Source: Lytechinus pictus (Eukaryota). Taken from it: a stretch of 64,000 nucleotides of DNA. Below the pieces are notes generated by a model. That model made no database searches. It was given only the letters and a program-made list of their open reading frames with translations, and was not told the DNA's origin. The DNA lies in the NCBI RefSeq assembly GCF_037042905.1, contig NC_087245.1, positions 27,158,001 to 27,222,000 on the forward strand, in the 5' to 3' direction. This document shows positions 14,300 through 48,068 of the stretch, piece by piece (position 1 is the first letter of the stretch; each line of letters starts with the position of its first letter). A program made the position numbers and the translations under genes.

Positions 14300-14432
14300 G
14301 CTCTGGTGATTGATACAGTGTGTCTTGATCTTGAGACAAAATGTGTTACTTGGACAAACTGTAGCATCTTGGAGTGCAAGGAGAGGAGACAGAGCCATCA
14401 ACCATACTACTCATGCAAACATTCTAATGAGT
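14300..14432 (+). other. Probable 5' UTR exon of the VPS9-domain gene
   Basis: Strong polypyrimidine tract ending ttgtag and donor T|gtaagt; in frame with the 18082 exon, but no upstream in-frame ATG found. Confidence 0.55.
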
Positions 14433-17234
14433 GTAAGTATGATACAAGTATATATTATGCAAGTATGAAGATTACAAATATGATACAAATACACAACTGT
14501 GATTCAAATGTACATGTACAAGTAAGTTTAAGTATACACAAGAATAGTTCAAGTTTAAACCTGCCTAAAGCTTTAGTACAGGTTCAATAAATGTGTATTG
14601 TGTCATGTAACACTCAAATCCTTGAAGAAAATATAGTAACCGTTTGATTTGTTTTCTATTGATTCTTTGTATAAAAATGAATATCACAGGATGATTTTAT
14701 GTAATGATTTTATATTCCTTTTGAGGCATTTTTGATTAATATCTACAAATTGAGTGACTACATTTCAAAAAGCTGCAAAGAAAGATTACTTTCTGACATT
14801 TTCAGGCTTTATATAGACCACCAATTTCATTGGAGAAACTGTTAATAGAACAAAACTTATTGATGAACAATCTTTGTCTCGTCAATGTAGAGAAATATTC
14901 CAGCAGATTCATTTGGCACCTACATGTATATTAGTGTAGGCTGGTAGCCTTACCCTAGTTCATTACACTAGTTCCTTTATCTTTCATCTACACATTAAGT
15001 ATTTAATTTCGTAATGATGATTGACAGGGATAGGTTCTTTCTTTGATTAAAACCAATTATCTACCACCCAATTACCTACCCCCTTCATGTACCACCCATA
15101 GCAGGTGTTATGCAGTGTGCAGATCTGTTTTATTTTTTCACAAGAGCTGCTCAAAGAAAATGAACTTCCACATTAAGTAGTTTTCGCTCTATATTTTCCC
15201 CCTTTTTTTAATTGCATAGGTGTTCAATTAATTGTTAATTAAAACAAAAACAAAGATGTTATGTAACCTTGCCTGGTATACCAATCTGCGATATATTCAA
15301 ATCTAATAAAGGGAATCACTGCATAGTGACACGTCTCTTAGGTTACGTCAGTTTACAATTGGAAAACTTCTATTACATCAATTGCTCAATTTAAACAATA
15401 ATTGGTTGTCGTTTGACCTATTGCCAAATTCCAAACATGACTGAACACTTTGTTTTTCTTTAGATAAAATAGGATAACAAGCATTTTTGAAAATAACATG
15501 AATAATAATGCTCATCTTAGTGAATTAAAAAGCCCTACAGCCGATTGCCTTCCTTTGCTCATGTTCAAACTTTTAACAAGTTGTTTGAAGTTTTCAATAT
15601 TAAAGTTTTCTATAAAAGTTTAAACAATTGTTTAAAAGTTCAATAATGTTAAAATAAAATCTTAATAATGAAATGCACCCAGGCGTCAAAATACCCAATA
15701 TTTTGTGCATTCATACCCATCTGAACCAGATACAACTCCTGCTGTTTTGAGTCAGCAAGAGGACTCTTGCATTACAAAGGATAAGCATCCCTTTGCCTCA
15801 CTTCCAAATTTATTATTTGCTTTCACATCATGAAAATTCATCTTACCTTGGAGAAAGTCCTGCAAAAGTTTTGGTAATTTTGAAAAATTACAAACTTTCA
15901 GGGATATTATGAATACTTGAGTTGATCAGGACCCCATTTTATGTAATTGTCAATATAAATTTCATTTGTGTCAGTGAATGTAGGGATCTTGTTGGATTTC
16001 AATTATCCTAATAGCAGTTGTTAAAATTAAAAAGAAAAAAAATATGTAAAATTGTGAGTTGCTGCATTTTTTTTTTTTTTGGGGGGGGGGGTTGACACTG
16101 AGAATAAAATGCATACATTTACAGTACACCTCTTTCATGTATGCTTGAAAGTGATGCAGGAAGCAATATTGACTGATCTCTGTGGTTGTAGTAATGAATT
16201 TGATTATGTATAATGGGAGCGGTTTCTGAGAAAAAGTCATTGCCTCGATGCTTTGGTGGTTTGGACACAAACTTATATTTGAAATGGTCACTAGTAAATG
16301 TGTGATATGACAGTAATTAGTAGGGTAATTCATTAAAGTGACCACAAACACCTTGGATAATGAAGTGCAAACATATTGCTATTTGACTTATGTTATACAT
16401 GTACATGTAGGTGTTGATTGTGGGAACAAAGAAATAAGTACACTTGGGTGTTTTGTAAAGCTTTTTCATATTTTTTGAATAACTTTAAAGAATGTGAAGT
16501 GCCACATGGCAAGTTAAATTTTTTTCCCCCAGTAATTTGTATAAAGTGAGACGTATTTCCTAAAATCGAAGTAAATCACTGTCCAAATGAAACTGACACG
16601 AACAGTAGGATTATCATTCTGACCCTTATGTATGTATTTCAACTTTAGCTGAGTTTGTGATAAGAATTGATGAAGGCTTTTATTTGACTTTCCATTCTGT
16701 AGTCACTTATTACTTTAATTTATAACATTTTAGTGAAATGTCTCAAGTTATGTTTTTGTCACGCCTGTATTACATGTACATGTACGTACCATTTTCTTTG
16801 CCGTCTGAAAGTCCCCATTTTGATCCACTGCTTGTGCACTCCTTTCTTGCTCCACTTTTCTTTCAAGCAGGGTGAGTATGATAAAGAAGTTTGGATAGGG
16901 AGAGCAGGGGGGGGGGGGGTGGCAGTATGATGGTAGAATGGGCCTGAGTGTATAGAGTCAAGAGACCGAGAGACCTGTCAAAGTAAAACAGGTAGAAATG
17001 AACATGGATTTGTTCCATTATATGCGCTATGCAGCGTATCATTTCTCCCAATATTGCTCAGTGTCACACGCTTCCTGTCTGGCTGACTTTCCAGAAGATC
17101 TGGAGACTGATAGTGCACCTGTATAGACAGAACTCTCTCCCTGTCTCTCGCGTACCCTGCCAAATAAAACATTAAGAGCTTGAGCTATGATGGTAGATAT
17201 AAAATGCACAATTAATTTTGTGCAGGTACTAGGC

Positions 17235-17520
17235 TAGGACCATCTTGCTTGAACATAATCCAATCTATAACTTGGCACTACAGTCTTGCTTCATGCTAGA
17301 GATCCAATGGACAACTTAACACTGTAGGACAATCTTGCTTCATATGAGAGATTAAGGGACAACTTAACATTGTAGGACAATCTTGCTTCATGTTAGAGAT
17401 TCAATGAATAACTTGACATTGTAGGACAGTCTTGTGTCATGTGAGAGATTCAATGAAAAACTTGACATTGTTGGACAGTCTTGCCTCATTTGAGAAATTC
17501 AATGGACAACTTGACATTGG
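17235..17520. repeat. Minisatellite, about 48-49 bp x about 6
   Basis: Recurring gacaactt(a/g)acattgtaggaca(a/g)tcttgcttcat; markers at 17331, 17379, 17428. Confidence 0.8.
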
Positions 17521-18107
17521 AAAGGGTTCTTGATGAAGGATTGGAGATAACATGGGGTATGACCTGCATGCAAGTCTATGCAGATTACACCAGAAGATGA
17601 TTCTTCATTTCTTTTAATAAGATAATGGAAAAAATTTGTAGAAGATGCTTTGTGGAGAACCCTCACTGCTAAACAACAGAATTGTCTTAAAGATTGCCTG
17701 AATGTTATTTTAATTTGGATTGCAAATTTTTGAGGTTTCTGTTCTTTCTCTGTATCTTTGTCACAGAGAACTTTTCTACCCTATCACATCATATAGGATG
17801 GACCATGTAAGAGTGGCTATTCTTGGGCAGGAGGGTAGTTTAAGGAGACTTAGAAGACTTGTATAGGTCATAAAAGTTCATAGAAGTCACATTTCTTTGC
17901 TGTCTTGATTATGTGAAACACCAAAGGAGCATTTCATGAAAAAGGTATTAGGTGATTTTGACTGTAATTGTTATAAGCTAGTGAATTCCTTGCATTTGAT
18001 GGGCTCAGAGCAAATTTATCAGTGAAAGTACCAACAAGATCCTTCATGAAACAATCCTCTGTTCTATTTCTCGCATTGCAGGGTACTTGGACCAACAGAA
18101 AGACAAC

Positions 18108-39410
<21,303 letters not shown>

Positions 39411-42329
39411 TAGATGCTTGCATCTCACTATTAACTTGGAGATTTCTTTAACTAGTGTGTTGTTTTTGCAAATCCATGATGATTCGATTTGTGGGTAATA
39501 TCTCAGCTGCTTTTGGGGAAACAAAAATCTTCCTCCTCATATCTTATTATATTTTTCAGATGGTTTCAAGTTTCAAGTGGGCTTTGATCGATGGGATTCT
39601 TAATTGATATTTTTTCGACAATAGTGCATAACTCAAGCAATATTTATTTCATTACACTGAATTTGACTCACTTATGTACCTAAATACACAATTATTGGTT
39701 AAGATAAAAAAAAAATTGTGCTCATGTTGGAAAAGTTCAAATCTCAAACACTTGAATCACAACTTGATCTGTCATTACAAAAAATGGCTGAATGTGCTTA
39801 CACTTGCTATTATTATCACCATTCAGTTGACATGCAAATTGGCATAAAGATGGTGTATTATGAATTATAAGTAGCTTTGATTGAATCATGGTATTATTAA
39901 AAAGTAGCAAAATTATGTTCTTAATTTTGTATTGTCTATATCTGCTTCATTGTATATCAGGCAATTAGTATCATTATAATGTTTTTTTTTCATTGTTTCA
40001 TTTATAAACCAAAGAATATCATTCTATTGCACAATGATAAAAAGAGTATCTTAAGATGATGATGATGAATGGATGGATGGACTAGTGCTGTAACTTTTTG
40101 AAGTTTTACTTGGAAGAGAGCTACACTCAATTTATTTTCATATGGAACTCCCAAATTATTCTCTTTTGTGTAATTTCATGCTCAAAGCAGAAAGCAAGCA
40201 AAATGCGTAGCTGCTGCAGCTACAATTTCATGTTTATTTGTGCAATGAAGATACTCTAACATGGTGATCCATGTACATTCTGAATACTGGAATATGCTTT
40301 GCAATATTAGTCTTGTATTTTTTTTCATTATTCCTATCGAAAGGGTATTCTGGTACTTTCCTGTTTTACATTGTTACCCAGGCTCCATACTTACTCAGTA
40401 AGGTTTATCATAGATATATAAGAAGAAGTACACATTTCTGTACATTCAGGAAGGAATTTTAATAATATGATTGTTTTTCTCATAAGGTAATTTGGACTGA
40501 AGTGCAGAACAGACTAAATTAATCCACACTTTTATCGATTCCTAGGCTTCATAGTCCTTATACAATAACAAGGGGTTTACCAAAGAATTTCTTGAGATTA
40601 AATGAATACTAATATGTTTTCTTATTTTAAAAAAAAAATCAAATTTAGTGGATACTTTTTATTTTTTGGGATTAAAGTAGTTTCTTTCTGGTTAATATTT
40701 TGGCATCTGGCACTCCATAAAAGTGTGATTAAAGATAATAACCTAATTATTGTCTTGACAATACGGCCCGATAACAGTATCACAACTTTCATGGAAAATT
40801 AATCAAAACGTCTACATTGCTTTTTTGGCATGACTATACACAAGGATGATTTTAATGAACCATATTTCATAAAATCTGCTTTATGTTGTCATGAAGGAAG
40901 GGAATAAATACTGTCTTGAAAACGCATCACAAAAAAAAAAGACGCATTAAGTTCAGTCTGTTTCTCGCCTTTGAGCAGGAATCCAGCTTTAAAGGTTCTA
41001 GCTGTCTTTTTACCTCAGCCCTCCTCCACATTCCTTATTGTTTAATGTCGTTGATGAAATGTGACTAGAGCCATAAAAGACGCAGGATTCCTGCGGGAAA
41101 GACGTGGCCTGCTAAGGTGCTTTAAACCACAAGCTTTTGCAAGATGATTCAATGGGTTTGAAGGTGACATGGGATTCATTTATTCAACCGTTTGTATGTG
41201 TGTGATGCTATGTAAATTTCATGTAAATGTCATGTAAATTTCATATTATGTACATCTTGGTAAATGAAGCATGCACTTTTAGAATTGGATTCCTGTATAA
41301 ATTGAGCTGTTTAGTATTAACTATGCCATCTGTTAAGACACATTCTTTGTATATACATGAAATCTCTAGATATTTTTCTATGTAACATTCAATATTGTAT
41401 GTACATAGTTATTGAAGAGCTATTTTGCAGAGCTATTTTTATCGCCACATTGATCATTTATAAACAACTTGATATATATTTTTCTAATGTGAATGATAAT
41501 AATAATAATATACATCTCATATTTTTTTTAAGAACTGACTTTCTAAATCTGGTGCTTTCGATTTGAAAACCATTGAGTTGAAATGAATGTCATGTAATAA
41601 ATAGTGTGTTTGTTATATCATAGTCTGCAGGCACAGACACTGATTGAAACTTTGAGCAACAAGTGGGTCTTCACACAAGACTAGCACATATAAGACTTCT
41701 ATGCACAAAACATTGTAGGCTGCTCATTCGGACCCCTTGAATTGAGTGAAGGGTTTGCACAACAGACTAATCATATTATGCTCTTTTATGAATAATAATC
41801 ATCATGTGCTATTTGAACAACTCATAACATCCACTTGAAATGATAGCATTTGATGTTATGATTTTGAACTTACAACTCGCAAGGTACAGTGTATGAGGTA
41901 TATTATAACTCTTTGACCTTGATGGATTTCACACACACACACAAATAAAACATTAGCTATCCATTCAGAGTAAAGATGTTATTGGTTTGATAGTTATAGT
42001 GATCTTTCAAAGATCGTTATTGCCCCCAAAATGAAAAACTAGTTGATATTTTATACTTCAAACCATGCATATATTTAAAGCGTGTAATCTTACCCAACCT
42101 GTGGAAGTATCGAGATTGTCTTTACTCTTTGTACACTTAGCTTACAAAAATCAGTGCATTTGAAGAAAAACAAATGAAAATGATAGATTTTCAAATATGT
42201 ATGTTTAACAAGAATAATATTATCACTACGAGACAAGATGTTGTGTTGATAATGATCATTTGCTATCAAAGTCTGTTCGTGGATTGATAAATCAGCACAG
42301 GCTGATGCATTTCTTTGTAATGACTCTAT

Positions 42330-42770
42330 AGGTGATTTCAAACCGCCTCGATCACAAGGATCCCCGATAAATTACAAGAACTTTTTTCAGGCAAGTACAT
42401 GTAAATACCCGTTAATTATTTCCACTTTCACACCGCCCCAAAACATACCCTTCGGGATAAGTTCCTGGAGTTATGAGCATGCACAGTATATGGTCTGATA
42501 AGCCAGCAAGACGCGAGATTCAAAATCGCTAGCTCAGCAGCCACCCACAGCGGCACGCTCTACTACTCGCTGTGCTTGAAGTTCCCGTAATTTGCTTTCA
42601 CATTGCCAAAATACCTGCGACCTTCGAAAAATCCCTGCAAAATTTCTCGTAATTTTGACAAGTACCTACTATTTAGCGGGTATTATCTTTTGGGGAGATT
42701 AGGCATAATTTGCTTTCACATTTCCAAAATACCTGGAACTGACAAACTTCGAGGCGGTCTGAAACCACCT
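42330..42770. mobile_element. Harbinger-like MITE
   Basis: aggtgatttcaaaccgcctcga ... tcgaggcggtctgaaaccacct TIRs; internal repeats taatttgctttcaca. Confidence 0.75.
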
Positions 42771-45097
42771 AATGACTCATAAAAGGAGAATACAGTTGCT
42801 TTCATTGAATTTCATAAAGCAGTCCAAAATTCCCCCACTTTTTCAAATTAAGTATTGGTTGATAAATATTGATAAAAGTATAGAGATGTGCATTTGAATT
42901 GCTGAATTTAAAATAAATTATTTTAATGAGATCAAAAAGGATTATGAATTGCATGGACATGATATTAATGTAAGTTTTATGGTAAGACCCAAATTAAGTT
43001 GACACTTGATTTAAAGAAACATTTCTGTCTTAATGGCATTTTATAGAACTTTTACTCAGATAAGCAAGTGTTGAAATCTATCACAAAGCGCAAAAAAATG
43101 GTATGCAATTTACATTTTAGCTTTTTTATTTATTTGATATTTATACTTGGCAATGATGACATTGAAACTGTTAAATTCCTTTGAGAGGATATGCAGTTAT
43201 AATAATTGGAAATCATAGAAAATGCTTTTTGTCCACCTTAAGACCGTACACACTATACATGTATGATTCAATTGTATTACAGGTAGCATTTGATGGGAAC
43301 ATTCTAACTTATAAAATCCTAACCATAAAAGTTCTGAAAAGTTATCAAATTTCCAATCTATTTCGAGCCTCCCTGTAGGAATGAAAACAATTTCAATTTC
43401 GAATGGTAATGAAGTCGTCATTGGCTGTGTTTATTCAGACCACAAGGTTTGCAGCAAAGTAGAATTCGGATTTTAGTATTCCTAACATTGTGCCGAAATT
43501 AAAATAGTACAATTCCACTTCTTGGAACTTTCACATTTAATGCGAGATTGGTTTGTTGAAAAATCGTGTAGTGTTTGCTGGTATTGAGTTGTACATGGAA
43601 TTGTTTGTCTGCATAAAAAAAATAACTCGATATGCTTTAGAAACCCGTTGGCTTTCACCATTCTTTCATTGTGTTGTGTGAGAATATGTAGAAGCTGAAA
43701 AATGCTTTATATTTTTATTATCACATCAAAGCAATATTTTTAGGTATGTATTTTATAATTAAATGGAGTACTGCCATGAAAAGCAGTGATATAGAAAATG
43801 CAATTTACTATTGTTATTGTTTGTATTTTTACATTGTTTGTTATTGTCTTCTGTGCTGTTGTAGTTTGACCCTCTCCCTCATTATACAGAATTGAGCTGT
43901 TTTATTTTTTTCAAGTGTGTATTACACTTTTGCAATGCACCGGTGTGAGCTTCTGAGGGTTTGATCTTGGTTTTGAATGGTTTAAATGCTAACTTCATGG
44001 TTTAAATTATCCCTTGGGAATTCAGACCATGGAAAAAAAAGTGAAAGATGAAAGTTTTAAGTGGGAGAAAGAGATATAGATAGAGAAGATTTGGAGATCT
44101 ACAGATATGAAAAGAGAGAAGGGGGAGAAAGAAAGAGAGTGTGGTGAGACGGGAAGTGAGAGAATGATACCAAAAGGGAAGAGAGAGAGAGCAAAAGAGG
44201 TCAAATGGGAAGAAAGAAAGATGGAATTAAACAAAAACACTTGGGATATTCGCTGATTATCTCTTTAATTGTAATAATAATAATACTTCTCTTATATAGT
44301 GCATAACGAACTGAAAGTTTCTCTAGGCTTTACAATAATGGAAACAAAATACATTTAATACAAACAAAGAAAATAGACTTGTGAATTACAATTATTGCCA
44401 ATAAAATAATCAACCTATACTACACCTAGTTATGTACGTATAATTAATTTTTCGAAATGGTGTTTTCACTATCAGTTTCTTTGTTGTTCTTTTACTGAGA
44501 TATCTTGTATTCTTTTTTCCCCCTTCTTTCTTAGCACTTTGAAACTTTCGTATAAAGTGCTTTATAAATTATTTAAAAATTATTATTGTTATTATAGAAA
44601 TGTAAGAGGAAGACGTAACTTTTGAAGAAAAAGGCTTGTTTTTTGTAAATCAAATGTTTACAAAGATATAAATACAACCATCAGACGATGTGAACATTAT
44701 TAGAGCTATCCCTTTTCACTCTAGCATGATTCCTCATAGAAGAAGATAACCCATTTTGACCTTCCTCTCGTCTGGAAGTCATCAATTATATTGTGGTTAA
44801 TCACGTGTGAGACATGATGGCTTTGTGGTTTACATGATATGCAAAGCCTTCAGATCATCCTCACACCCTTCCATTCCTTCCTCTTACGCCCCTTCCCTGT
44901 CCGCATCCTTCATCCCCTCGCATTTTTGCAAAACTCTGTCTTCCTTAAGTTATCTTGCAAACATGGTACATTACTTTGGAGTCAATAGCCATGAAAAACC
45001 AACTTCAGAGATAGACTGAATAAAGCTACATGTACTTTGTAATTAGCTCTCGAGCTAACCTTTTTAAAAAATAAATTGGATAGGTACTCAGTTAAAA

Positions 45098-45297
45098 GGA
45101 GGTGCGATAGCTCAGTCGGTAGAGCGGGGGATTTGTATTCCGGTGACCCGGGTTCGATTCCCACTTGGTGCGCTAGTGCCCTTTGGTAAGGCATTAATCC
45201 TCAGTACCAAGTCCTTCGGAGAGGACCTTAAGCCGTCGGTCCTCTGGTTGCTTGCTTACAAGCATTCTTGCTTTCTTAGCAATCAGGTAAAAAATCA
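45098..45297 (+). mobile_element. tRNA-derived SINE
   Basis: A box tagctcagtcgg, B box ggttcgattcc, then non-tRNA body with hairpin agaggacc...ggtcctct. Confidence 0.75.
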
Positions 45298-45404
45298 CCC
45301 CCACCACCACCTATGCAATTGATAAGTTTTTAAAGAAGATGTATGCTTGCCTGGTATACAAATCTGCGATATTCAAGTCTATAAAGGAAGCATTGTATAG
45401 ACCA

Positions 45405-45618
45405 GGGGGTGTTTCACAAATCTCAAAGTGTTGCTTAAAGTCATGCTTAGTGCTGATGCATGATTATTTAAGCGCAATCTTTAATTGATTATAAATAAGC
45501 AGTAGTGCCCGAACTCTTAGCACGATTTGACCTACGCGTTGATGCCTTTTAATCGGCACCCATCTGGAAATTTGATGCAACTCATAAGTCATATTTAAGT
45601 CTTTGTGAAACATATGCC
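45405..45618. mobile_element. Short MITE nested in an older dispersed repeat
   Basis: tgtttcacaaa ... tttgtgaaaca TIR. Confidence 0.55.
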
Positions 45619-45879
45619 TTAAACTAATGGGTTTTTATCTGACCAGTTACCAAATACCACATATGATCAAACACTTTGTTTTTATTTAAAAGGAACATTT
45701 CAAAAATTTAATTTGAATAATACTGATCTCAGTGATTCAAAATGCACTAATCCGCTTTATGGTCAATGACCTTGGTCTGCTCCTGCGCAAATCGTAATTA
45801 CAAAATGGCTTTTTTTGGTAATGCAGGAGGGAACAAATTGTAACCAACTTTGGTGTCACTACTTCAAAACCTCACACAC

Positions 45880-46152
45880 GTGGGGGCATTTTGGTCTAGT
45901 GGTTATGGACTTGTCTTTCAATCTGAAGGATGTTGGTTCAATTCCAAGCCATGGCGGGTTTTCCTTCAGCAAGAAATTTACCCACATTGTGCTACACTCA
46001 ACCCAGGTAAGGCAAATGGGTACCGGCAGGAAGTAATTCCTCAAAAAGCTGTGCGCACCAGAATCGGTAGACTAGCTTAGCCGGGATAATATAGGAGTGC
46101 CTTGATCACCTAGCAAGGTGGATACATATGCTATACAAATCCTATATTATTA
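45880..46152 (+). mobile_element. tRNA-derived SINE, near full length
   Basis: tRNA-like head, core cactcaacccaggt..aaatgggtaccggcaggaagta, tail gctatacaaatcctatattattat; closely similar to 60909-61170. Confidence 0.8.
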
Positions 46153-46659
46153 TCTTTTTATTCATTAGCCTCACAGCCTACTTCAAAGTCTACACTACAT
46201 TTTCTTCAAGAATGCTGAATTCATGATTAATTTACATCCAGTCAAATAAAAAATACTATGAGTATACATGTATATCATGCAATGGGAATAGTTTAAAATT
46301 CAACGGATTTACTAAGTCCCTCTATTTCCCTAGTACATTCCTTGATTTGACAATATGAACGAGAGAATTTCTATTGAAATGAAAGGTTTATAACATCTTT
46401 ACCTCTACATCATGTATGTCACATTTCTATATACCCACACTGTTGTATATCCTTGCATTTTCTTTTTCCCTCATATTTCTCTCTATTCTTCCAGGCCATG
46501 TCTCGGACACATCTTTGCCATTCTCTCACTATCTGACAATTTATCTTTCACTCTCTCCCTTCCATATCTCTCTTCTATTACCCTCTCTCTTCACTCTGTC
46601 TCTCTCTTCCCCCTCACTCTTTCTTTTCCTAACCACCTGTACATAGAAGACATATGCAT

Positions 46660-46700
46660 AACTTTATTTTTTAAATCTTTTAATTTATTGCTTTTTTATT
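46660..46700 (-). terminator. Candidate polyadenylation signals of NME8/IC1
   Basis: Three AATAAA on the minus strand (plus-strand tttatt at 46663, 46684, 46695), about 1.1 kb past the stop. Confidence 0.3.
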
Positions 46701-47832
46701 ACAGTAAATACAATTCAGAGACAATGCCAATATATAAATGTATAATAGGTCTTTTGAACAGTTTTAGATGGAAAGGACGGATATTTGAATATACTGTGGT
46801 GACAATAGCTGCAGAAAATTTCTTCTATAAGTATGCATTCTAATACATACAGAGCTTTTACACTGACTTGTGCTTCCATATGATCCACATATGTACTAAA
46901 CAGCAAGCCAAATGTATTTATTTCATGAAAGCTCAAGGTGTTAAAAATGCACACCCAACAATTGATATTTCATCATTGAGGCAATTTTGAGAATATCATG
47001 TCCCGCACAATAGTACTGCAATTCAGCTTTGTTTAAAATGGTATAGAGTATAATACATGGAATTATTACATGAATACCAGGAAAATACTGCCAGAGAAAT
47101 GAATGTTTGAGTCTTTCCCTTCATACAACCTTCATACATCAACTTTTTTCTTTCTTAGCTCTTGCTTCCATGCTCCACAGCATGTACTAGACAGGAAACC
47201 AAGAAAATTCTCTCTCTATATTCTTTTCTTCTCAAAACAACATTATTGCTGATGTCTTGAGTACAAATAAGTTGTATCATAGCACTACATAAACAGTTCA
47301 TCAAAATATCTACATGAATTAGCGTAAGATATAATGTCCTATTCACAGGTTTGGAAGAAGATATGACTAAACATTCAATTTGATTTGATCTTCAGTTAGA
47401 TCTTGTTTGAGCTGAGAAAAAAAAAACACAAGAAACACTGATTATGTACATTATTATTATAGTAATATTTGTCGACTACCTGACCACCACATGTCAAAAC
47501 TCAAAAGTGAGTCCTCTGCATATTTTTCCCATCTTGTTTATAAATGATGTTGGTATCCTCCATTGGTTTGGTCTACTAGTTCTTCCAGGTACCACCTACC
47601 CAATAAATATCCATGTCCAGTTCTGAAAAAATGAATCCAGAATATCTCTTGAAAAGTTGTTTTTATCACATTGCTTTATGATGTTGGAATATCCTCCAGA
47701 AGTGGCAGGCAGTCCTGTTGATCTGTATGGAGTTCTAACAAGATAGCATGCTTTTCATTATGAACAGATCGATAGCCAGGGCACAATCCAGGGTAATGTT
47801 CTTTTGAGTTTTTTTTTTATTGATTCAGTTCT

Positions 47833-48068
47833 TTATGATGCCGTCTGTTCTTCGTTCTGGGCGGCATCCTCTTGTTTGGCATCTCCTCCCCCGCCCCCAG
47901 TTTCCCCACCCTCAGCGGCCTGCGTTTCCCCACCCTCAGCAGCCTGTGTTTCCCCGCCCTCAGCGGCTTGTGCTTCCCCGCCCTCAGCGGCTGGTGTTTC
48001 CCCTCCTTCAGCGGCCTGTGTTTCCCCCTCGGCAGCTGCTGCCTCTCCCCCTTCCGCTGCAGGTGCTT
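47833..48068 (-). CDS. NME8: NME8/IC1 terminal coding exon with ETQAAEGG repeats, stop TAA
   Basis: acccag| acceptor; 24-nt coding tandem repeat; stop at 47835-47833. Confidence 0.87.

Noticed and set aside
17235..17520. CRISPR-like short repeat array
   Set aside because: Plain minisatellite without spacers.
17767..17806. Exon-like segment (cacag| ... |gtaaga)
   Set aside because: Not phase-compatible with the coding model; at most an optional UTR exon, unsupported.
45101..45173. Possible tRNA gene
   Set aside because: A and B boxes are present, but the acceptor and anticodon stems do not pair well, there is no T-run terminator, and it continues into a SINE body.
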